A DNA stretch of 64,000 nucleotides, taken from Gnetum montanum (lineage: Eukaryota > Plantae > Gnetophyta). The position numbers and the translations under genes are program-made. This document shows positions 54,945-64,000 of the stretch, one piece after another; positions within the stretch are counted from its first letter, which is position 1, and every line of letters starts with the position of its first letter. The notes under the pieces were generated by a model. That model saw only the letters and a list, made by a program, of their open reading frames with translations. It was not told where the DNA came from and did no database searches. The stretch spans positions 1,054,001 to 1,118,000 of the forward strand of contig MNCI01000651.1 of the NCBI GenBank assembly GCA_015680685.1, in the 5' to 3' direction.

Positions 54945-57900
54945 CTGACTTCATTAGGCTCTTTGAAAGATATAAAATCAACCTTGAGAAGGTATACAAA
55001 TAAGGATCAAGATTCAGGTCCAAGGATTAAACATTCAAGGGGGTCATCAATCCAGTTTCAACAATAAACCAAGAATTCAACAATTCTTATCAAGACTACA
55101 GTGCATCAAATGTGGAGAATGAAGACACAAGCATTGGGAATGTTTGCTTCCCAAGGTAGCTAAGGGCAAGGATGTGCAAATCATGGAGGTGGAGGAGACA
55201 TCAAGCCAAGCTTTTCAAAGAGGTAATCCTAATGCTCCAAAAATAGAGGATGTTTCTGAATTAACTTCTTGTGCATTTATGGTGAATGTTAATAGAGGAG
55301 ATCATCGTGATAGGAAATTGTTGTTTTGGATTGGGGCTAGTTGTTTGCTTATTGGGGTGTGGATTCCTGTTTTGCCCGATGGGGGAGCCTAAGAAAATGT
55401 TATTTCTTCTAGGGTAGTTGCTAGACTGGGTTTGGTAACTAATCCTCATCCTAGATCCTATAAGGTGCATTGGTTGTCTAAAGATTTTTCCCAAGAGGTG
55501 AGGGAACAATGTACTTTGAAATTTAAAATACGAAGTTTTCATGATGTTGTGAAGTGTGATGTGCTTCCAATAGATTGTGTTGATGTAATTCTTAGTAGAC
55601 CTTGAAATTTTAACAATGGTGCCCAATTTGATGGAGCAAGAAATGTGTGGAGTGTTGTTAGACTTGATGGAATCCATGATTTGATTCCCATGACAGTTGA
55701 ACAAGTGAGGTAGTAAAACTCACTTAATGCTTCTTTAATCCTTCTAAGAGAGAGGAAATATATTAAGGGACATGATGAAATCAGTTTTGATTTTGTTGGT
55801 ATGACAACAATTGCTACTAACCATGATGATGTATAGGTTGAACTTCCTACAGGTGTGCTAGGCTTGAAGGAGAAATTTTCCAATGTGTTCAAGGGGAAAT
55901 TGGATGGACTACCACTAATGAGGAATGTACAACATCAGATTGACTTCATTTGTGGTGCTACCATTCTAAATGTGAGAGCTTACCAGATGACACCAAATCA
56001 AAGGGTTGAATTGTAAAGGCAAGCAGAGGAGTTGCAAATGGCTTCATGAGGGAATCCATTTCACCTTGTGCAGTTTCAGTGGTGTTAGTGCCAAAGAAGG
56101 ATAGCAATGAATGGAGGATGTGCATTGATTCCAGGGCAGTGAACAAGATAATAGTGAAGTACAAGTTTCCTATTCCAAGGATGGATGATATCCTTGATGT
56201 CCTTAACAATGTTGCAATTTTTAGCAAACTTGATTTGAAGAGTGGGTACCATCAAATTAGAATCAAGTTTGGTGATGAGTGAAAGACAACTTCCAAAACA
56301 CTAGATGGATTTTTTGAGTGGTTGGTGATGCCATTTGGGCTCACGAATGCACTTGCTACATTCATCAGGTTGATGCATGATGTATTGAAGAACTTGATTG
56401 GTAACTACTGTATTGTTTTTTTGACAATATTTTGGTGTATAGCTCTAATGAGGAAGAGCACTTGGATCACGTAAGGATGGTGTGCCTTAAATTGGAGGAG
56501 GCACAGTTGGTGATCAACGTGAAGAAAAGTCATTTCTTCAAGAGGGAAATCTAATATTTGGGTCGTGTGGTTTCTAAAAATCAGATTTGGATGGAAGCTA
56601 CCAAGGTGAAGGCTATTAGGGATTAGCCAACTCCCAAGAATGTTGGGAAGTTGAGATCATTCCTTTTAGCAGGTTTTCATAGATAGTTTGTCAAAAATTT
56701 TAGTGGTATTTTTTGGCCTATGTTTGCTTTGTTGAAGAAAAATAAGGAATCTAGATGGGATAATCAAACCCAAGGGAGCTTTGAATTGGTGAAAGCAAAG
56801 ATTACTAGTGAACCAATGCTTGCAATTCTAGATTTTTAGAAGCTTTTTCAGGTGGAGGTGGATGCAAGTGGACTTGCCATTGGTGGTGTACTTTCACAAG
56901 AAGGTAGTCTTGTTGCTTTCTTTTCTAAAAAGTTGAATGAGTCAAGGCAAAAATATAGCATTTATGAGAAGGAGTTGTATGTTATTCTTCAAGCAATCAA
57001 GCATTGGAGGCATTACTTGTTGCCCAAGGAATTCACTTTGATGACGGCCACAAAGCACTTCAATTTCTAAACTCACAAAAGAAGTTGAGTGCAAAGCACA
57101 TGAAGTGGGTTGCATAGTTACAAGAGTTCAATTTTGTGTTGAAGCACAAAAGTGGGAAAGCTAATGTGGTGGCTGATGCATTATCCAGGGTGCTTGTGGT
57201 AAATTTTAGCGTACCTCATGTGGAAGGGATGGATGATTTTGCTTCTTTGTATGAGCATGGTGTTGATTTTGGATAGGTTTGGAGGAGCCTCAAAGAGTCG
57301 TTGATGTATAGGATAGACCAATGGAGGGACTATCATATTCAAGATGAACTATTATTTAAGAATGGAAAGGTATGTGTTCCTAATTGTGATTTTTGAAAAA
57401 AAATTTTGTTTGAAAAGCATTGTAGTGACATGGTAGGTCACATGGGCAAGGATAAAACATTGGAACTTGTGGGTAGACACTATTTTGAGCCTGGTATGGC
57501 AATAGAAGTTTCAAAATTTGTGAAAGAGTGCATGACATGTCAAAAGTTTAAAGGACGTACAGGTGTGGATGGACACTATATGCCTTTGCCAATTCCCAAA
57601 GGTCCATGGAAAAGTGTGTCAATGGACTTTTTGGGTGATATTCCAAACACCAAGAGTGGGAATGATGTAATTTTTGTTGTTATGGACAGGTTCTTCAAGA
57701 TGACACATTTTATTCCATGCAAGCAAGTTAGTGATGCTTCTCATGTGGCAAATTTATTTTTCTAGCATGTTGTGAAGTTGCATGGTATTCCTTTGAATAA
57801 TGTTAGTGATAGAGACTCCAAGTTCACAAGTCATTTTTGGAGATCCCTTTGGAAGATTTTAGGGACAGTTGAATTTATCTAGTGCATATCATCCACAATA

Positions 57901-58690
57901 TGATGGCCAAACAGAAGTGGTAAATATTGCTAAACATATTGGAATGTTTGTGTGATGGACTGCCAAATAGATGGAAAACTTGTTGTGTCATGCTAAATTT
58001 TTGTATAACAATGCTTTTCATGTTGCTATTGGCAAAAGCTCATTTGAGGTGAACTATGGGTTTTTTCCAGACATGGTGGAAACTTTGAAGAGCTTTGATG
58101 GTGAAGCTCAACTTAGTGTTGATTTTGTGCAAGAGATGAGGGATCTTCATGCACAAGTAAAATTAAATCTTGAGAAGAAGGCTGAAGAGAGAGTCCTCAA
58201 GAGGAATGAAGGCAAGTGGAAGCCTAATTCTGCTGTTGGTGACTGGCTTGGGTGCACTTGAAGAAGAAGTGGTGGAGAGGTGTTAAACTTCTCCAAATTG
58301 AAAGCCAAGAAGATGGGGCTTTTCAAAATCAATGCTAAAGTTAATGATAATGCTTTTGAGATCGATATACCCAACGATGTTGGTATGTCTTTTGTGTTTA
58401 ATGTTTCAAATCTTGTGCACTATCATGGACCAATTGATGAGGAGACCATACATGGTTGCATTGATGAGTTGAAGAGGGCTATTGATCAATCCAAGCCTTA
58501 AATGGAGAGGAAGGTAATCGTACTCAAGCGAAGGGAAGCTTCTAGTACTCAAGGAGTCAAGAGGCATGCATATTTGATCCATTGGGAGGATCAATTCGCT
58601 GATGATGTTGTATGGGTCCATGAGACCAAACTTGTTGAGTAGGGGATCACTTCTATCCCTACTCCATTGTTCACTTGAGTTCACTTTTTG
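54945..58690 (+). pseudogene. gag-pol: CRM-like gag(C-term)-pol pseudogene with C-terminal chromodomain
   Basis: CIKCGE*RHKHWEC; DGGA*ENVIS..HPRSYKVHWL..CDVLPIDCVDVILSRP; [27 protein letters not shown]; EVDASGLAIGGVLSQEG; GHMGKDKT..CMTCQ; YLIHWEDQFADDVVWVHE. Confidence 0.92.
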
Positions 58691-58704
58691 AAGAATGGGA
58701 GAGT

Positions 58705-59552
58705 TGGTTTAGAAACACATCTCCTGATTCTCTTGTGCTTTATCCTACAAGTAGTTTTTGCAGGTTTTGTGCTTGAGAGGAATGTCTTGGATGTCCATGA
58801 GACATCTTGACCAAGATTGGAGGTTTGACAATGGGACGTCTTGGCCGGGAGCAGTCTTCTTAGGTGGGACATCCCAAATGTTAGTGGGGCGTCCCAAGTC
58901 CTAGCGGGATGTCCCAACCGCATGCTAGATTGACAGCGAGATGTTTGGGGGTTCTAGGAGATGTCCTAGATGATGAGGAAAAAGCTCCATTGTGGTGTTT
59001 TGATGGGAAAACATTCAAAAGACTCCAGAACCTTGTGGGAAACATCTAGGAAGGTAAATAGAAAGATTCTTAGGGTTTTGGATCTCTATAATTATGTATG
59101 TATTCATCCATGAGAAGGAAGGAGAGATGGTATGAGCAATGAGTGAGAGAAAACACTCTTGAGAGTAAAGGGTTGAGCAAGAGAGAGTGGGTGAGTGCAA
59201 GTGGTGATTGCAGCTCCAAGATTAGCTTGTGATGTGTTGGTCGATGTGTTCTATTCTCTTGTATCTCACTTGTGAGTTGAGATCTCAGTCTTGGGTTGTG
59301 GGAGAGATGTCTATTGGTTGTGTCTTGCATTAAGAACAACCATTGTGTGGTTGTAGAGCCTCATGCTTTGCAATATTGGTTTTGTGTGACAGGTTTTACA
59401 TGTTGTGGGTTTTGTGAACTATGTTTTAATCTTCTAATAAATTATTTAAAGATAGCTAGTTTTATTGTTTCTAGCAACAAGTTTTCTTTGCATAATATCT
59501 GGATTTAGTGCTCTGAAGATGATTTAATTGTGGAGTGAACTTGCTCCAATCT
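58705..59552 (+). repeat. 3' LTR of the CRM-like element
   Basis: Starts TG after the PPT; array of decayed GGACGTCC palindromes at 58780-58970; TATA-like CTATAATT at ~59085; right end inferred from where the Athila integrase resumes. Confidence 0.7.
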
Positions 59553-60744
59553 TACATTATAGTGACTGTTGATTATTGCACTAAGTGGGTAGAAGCAACT
59601 ATAGTTGAGGATTGTAGGGCCACAACAGCTACAAAGTTCTTTCAACAACAGATCGTAAATAGATTTGGAGTACCATGCATGCTAATAATAGACGATGGGA
59701 CTCATTTCACTAGAGTGACATTTAAGAAGCTAATGCAACAACTTGGGGTCAACCATAAATTAACCACACCTTATCACCCTTAAGCGAATGGTCAAGCAGA
59801 AGTGACTAATAGAGAAATCAAAAGAATATTAACTAGAATTGTTAGTTGATATAGGAAGGATTGGTGTACTAAACTTAATGATGCTTTATGGGCATATAGA
59901 TCAACTTGGAGACTTCCTATAAGGTATTCACACTACGAGGTAGTTTATGGCAAATTGTCTACTCTACCAATTCAAGCAGAATGAAATACCCTTGCAATTG
60001 CCAACTCACTTTACCTAGATCTAGACTTAGCTCGAAAAGAACGATTAGTGAATCTAATCTTTTAGATGAAAATCGGTTGATAGCTCAAATAAGTAAAGAA
60101 ATCTATAAGAAGTATTCCAACAAGACATTAAAATTAAACAAGTATCCATCAAGCTTGGAGATAAAGTTCTTTATTATAACCCAAACCATGTTCCACAAAA
60201 GACCAAGTTTCAAACCTTATGAGAAGGACCTTATATCGTCCATGCTACGTACCAATCATGCACCATTCAAATTTATCACCTAGTGGACCCACATAAACTT
60301 ATCCTTGTCAATATTTAACAGGTAAAACCATTCCGTGACTTTCCCTACTCCTCTAAAGACTCTACCTTGCATAGTAGACCATCCATTGCTCATTCAATCT
60401 TTCAAGTTTTTGCTTTTGATGATAGTCGTGGGGGTGTCAACTGGTACACTTAGGCACCAAACCTTCTTTTTACATTTTTGTTATACTTTTTACATTTTCT
60501 TATTAATTTTTACATTCTTTAATATCTTTCACATTCTTTTATACTTTACACATTTTAAATTATTTTTCATTCTTTAATATCCTTCAAATTTTGTATACAT
60601 TTTTTCTTACCTATTTCTTATTCTTCAGTAATTTTTACTATTTTCATGTACATATTTTTGTTGATTTTTTAAAATAAAGTGTAAGGGAATAAAATGAGAT
60701 GTAGTCAAAACAATGAGAATTTCACCCTATGTTATCAAATCATT

Positions 60745-60856
60745 AAAAGATTGATTATGTATGTAGTGAAACCACATCATCCATCCACTCATTTTCAATA
60801 AAAAGATTGATTATGTATGTAGTGAAACCACACCATCCATCCACACGTTTTCAATA
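60745..60856. repeat. 56-bp tandem duplication
   Basis: AAAAGATTGATTATGTATGTAGTGAAACCACA..TTTTCAATA twice. Confidence 0.9.
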
Positions 60857-61231
60857 ATGAGAGGTTCTTAGCATGGACATAATGAAATTCTTTTCACAAT
60901 AAAACTAAAATAAACTTGTGATCATTATGCTTGGATAGAAAAGTGAAGGACCAAGTGGGAATAAAAAGGGTGTGACATCAAGGGGATTTGTGGATTCTCT
61001 AAGGCTACTACTATAAGTCTTATCTTCTTGTTAAGTTGTATTATTTACTTGAGTTCTAACAAAAAACAGAGGTATGTCCAAAATAAGTGCTACCTTACCA
61101 TGTCACTAGAAAGACATGTTACCTATGCCTGAAGGTAGTCCTCTAGTAAAGTTGACATAGCAATAACCTAATAAATATACATAATAAAAATTTTTGGGGG
61201 TTCCATTCAAAAGACATGCTACCCATGCTTG

Positions 61232-61932
61232 TGTTATAATCGGAAGCAATAGTTTCAATAAAGCAATCAGCAGATCAGATCTGAAAATACACTAAAGAAG
61301 CTTTGGAGAAATTAATAAAACGCTGTAGATTTGAATAAAACGTTAAAGGTAGAAAATATCGCGCTGTAGTAGATCAAATAGACGCTGTAAATCACTGAAA
61401 AAATCACTGTAAACTCCAGCAAACGTTTGCTGTAAAAGTAGAATGAAAACAACAAAAGAAAATATCACAAGAACATAGAGATTTATGTGGTTTGGGCCCT
61501 TTTTACCCTACCTCCAGAACAATGCTGATATGCCTTCTATTCTCCTTAAATCTTAAGGACACAAGCCGTCCTTATAGCTTTCCCAAGCACCCAATCTATT
61601 ACTCCAACAGATTTCAGATCTCAGACTCTCCTCTCCAAGGTAAAACCTCAATACAATGCTTCTGCATCAAAAACACCCTTAAAGGCTACTCCAAGCCTTT
61701 TATTTATAAGGAAACATTAGGACCAAATCCCAATTCTAACACATGTGGGATAAAACACATCCCCACATAAACATCATCACTTTACAAATTGATCCTTCCC
61801 CCCCTTCCAGCCCCTCTTTTTTTCCCCTCTTTTTTTTTCTCATATCATTATTTAAAATGCAACATGCTTTTAAAAACATAAAAGGAAATACAACAAATAA
61901 TACTAATGTATTTGTCATTCATTTTTCCAACA
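61232..61932 (-). mobile_element. Solo LTR (701 bp, probably copia)
   Basis: TGTTA...CCAACA ends; TSD GCTTG/CCTTG; minus-strand TATAAATAAA at ~61700-61709; splits a hairpin repeat of element D. Confidence 0.88.
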
Positions 61933-63501
61933 CCTTGAAGGTAGGTGACTTCTCAGAAATTTCAAGGTTTTTGGACTCATATTGGTTACGGGGCTAGAAA
62001 GACATGTTACCCATGCTTGAAGGCACTCCTTTGTCCAATGGCCAAGGCTCCTTTAAAACTAAATTACGTTATTAATAAATTGCTTCATTGTACTTCATTG
62101 CCAAGTGTTAATATTTCTTGCAGTTGTGGTAGTCTTGTGGTTGTTAGTTTTGAGATAATACAATGCGATGTCATTGGTAAGTGGTATGAAGTTGGTTTGG
62201 ATCTTGGACGGAAGGGCTAATGATCATTTTAACCATGCATTACACGTAGAATTCATTATGCCTATAATAAGACACCTCATGTCCCATTTTCTACAATCCT
62301 TGCTACTACCATTTCACCTCATTGTTGTATACAAGCATAACTTGATGGATTTGTATAATATAGTATTATTTTCTTATTGAGGCAATACTAACATGTGTGT
62401 TTTGGAAGACAGGTATGTTTTACATTAACTCTTTGAGTGCCTACGAACACTTGTAGGTGTGGTTATATAAGAGCACTAAGGGCAGGAGCCTACTTTAGGG
62501 AGGATCCACTTGTATAACTCTTGTGCTTTATACTTGATGACCAATTTCACATTATCTTGTGCTTCTAGAACACTTATACAATCATTGTTATTTTCCTATA
62601 CACTCATCTTCATTCATGTATTCAACAATTTTGATCAACCATCTCCTACAAAGCTTAATCAACTTACCTTGCCCAAACTCATTTCACACACTTTCAAGGA
62701 CAAATTCTTACATTCTAAGCATCACCTATGATTAAGAACCCTTTAAACCATTTCTCTACCTTTTAAACTATCCATTTTATCCCATTTTTTCATTACAAAT
62801 AGCACAATATCTTGAAAATTTTCACGGTGATATAGTAGATACAATGTATGAGCCCTTGCAATGTCGCATGCACGATGTTGTGTCTACAATATATCCCTAC
62901 TAAAAATCTATATATACACACGAGGTGTTAGAAAAGTTTTTCATTCTCTCATTTCACACACAAGGAGTTTATGTTGTTTTTCTGACCTCCAAGCTTTAGA
63001 GAGCCATATCTTTCTCACCACAACTCCAATTTGTGTCATTTTTGTTTTCTTTTGCTCATGGAGTGGCCAACTTAGTTGTGGGAGAGAGTACTACATGTAG
63101 TTCATGCGATGTAGTCTGTGTGAATTGCATCCAATTTTTCTAATGCTTGGAAGAACAAAGTAACGATTAGAATTATAAGAAATGATTATATTTTCACCTA
63201 ATACAAGTTAATAAACTTAATGATTTTTTTCCAAATAACCATTCAAACACACATTAAATAGGAAATTTAACGATTGTGATCAGTCATAAAAGATAAACTT
63301 GCTTGTAAACAGTGGAAAATTCTTCAATTAAGGGTTTTTCTTGGAGAGGAATTTATCCAAGTTACAAATTTTTCAAACTCTGCAATCCGAGTTAGAACTA
63401 AAGTTGACGTTAAGGAATGATTTTGATCAAAATCCAAGAATTCGAGGAATGTTTATGAATTCGAGTTAGTTATGTAATCTCAAAACTATTCATGATTGTA
63501 G

Positions 63502-64000
63502 ATGCTTCCCAAGAGACTTGAAGTGGAAGGACCTTCACAACCAAGGAAGAAAAGTCCTAGAGGAAGAGGTAGAGGAAGAAACAGAGAATCGACTCCTCTT
63601 GCAAAGCAAAAGGCTTAGTCCTACAACATCTATTAGCCTACACCTATGACAGGGCAATTTGCCTAGGTAGAAGCTAATGCACTGCCTATGCAATAATAGG
63701 GACAATGCCTCACACTCTTAAATGAGTGTCTTCAAGCCATCCAGGAAAAGTCCATTATGTCCATGATCATAGTGGAATTAAATTTTGGATTGTTTATGGA
63801 TTTTGCTCATGTTGAAGTTTAGGAACGACTACAAGCCTCTCCTTTGTGGTCCACCATCTCAAGTAATGGTGAATGGTACTTGGGAGAAGTTTACCAATTC
63901 TGGAAATATAAACAAGATGATGCTATTATGAAAATAGAAGAGGTTAGAGTGTCATACTCACTTGAAGCAATAGCCAAGGCACTTAATATTCCAAACGTTA
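63502..64000 (+). pseudogene. Accessory ORF of element D, N-terminal part
   Basis: Single frame MLPKRLEVEGPSQPRKKSPRGRGRGR..FGLFMDFAHVEV*ERLQASPLWSTISSNGEWYLGEVYQFW..VSYSLEAIAKALNIPN with only nonsense decay. Confidence 0.8.

Larger units (their letters stand above)
54940..59552 (+). mobile_element. CRM-like chromovirus (Ty3/gypsy), 5'-truncated, with 3' LTR
   Basis: gag knuckle-PR-RT-RH-INT-chromodomain, PPT GAAGAATGGGAGAG (58690-58703), then LTR. Confidence 0.9.
59553..64000 (+). mobile_element. Athila-like element D fragment: integrase C-terminal half, spacer, start of accessory ORF
   Basis: YIIVTVDYCTKWVEA..IDDGTHF..LTTPYHP; spacer homologous to elements C and E; continues beyond the window. 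Confidence 0.9.

Overview
Eukaryotic, AT-rich, CpG-depleted DNA, most likely from a large-genome land plant (species not identifiable). Most of the window is nested, decayed retroelements, and no intact protein-coding gene is present. The nesting was reconstructed from target-site duplications (TSDs). An old + strand Athila-like Ty3/gypsy relic (1-30031, gag-pol missing, accessory ORF kept) hosts two inserts. The first is a gag-only Sirevirus-like copia element (2755-9264) that itself holds an Athila solo LTR. The second is a ~6.7-kb TG..CA-type unit (9794-26916, TSD CTCAT) that looks like a giant solo LTR with a hairpin array and a ~950-codon decayed ORF; a full-length minus-strand Athila element (11912-22298, TSD ATAAG) sits inside it. 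Further along are a second + strand Athila relic (31687-44055), a CpG-rich promoter/first exon of a probable host gene (44100-45560) whose long introns contain LINE, SINE and MITE relics, a CRM-like chromovirus with a chromodomain (54940-59552) and a third + strand Athila relic (59553-64000). The most interesting signals are: a covarying multi-stem RNA module present once in normal Athila LTRs but four times in a nested LTR variant (21322-21747); the ORF-bearing giant LTR; and a conserved accessory ORF that co-occurs with a spaced hairpin-repeat array. All alignments, translations and folds were done by eye.
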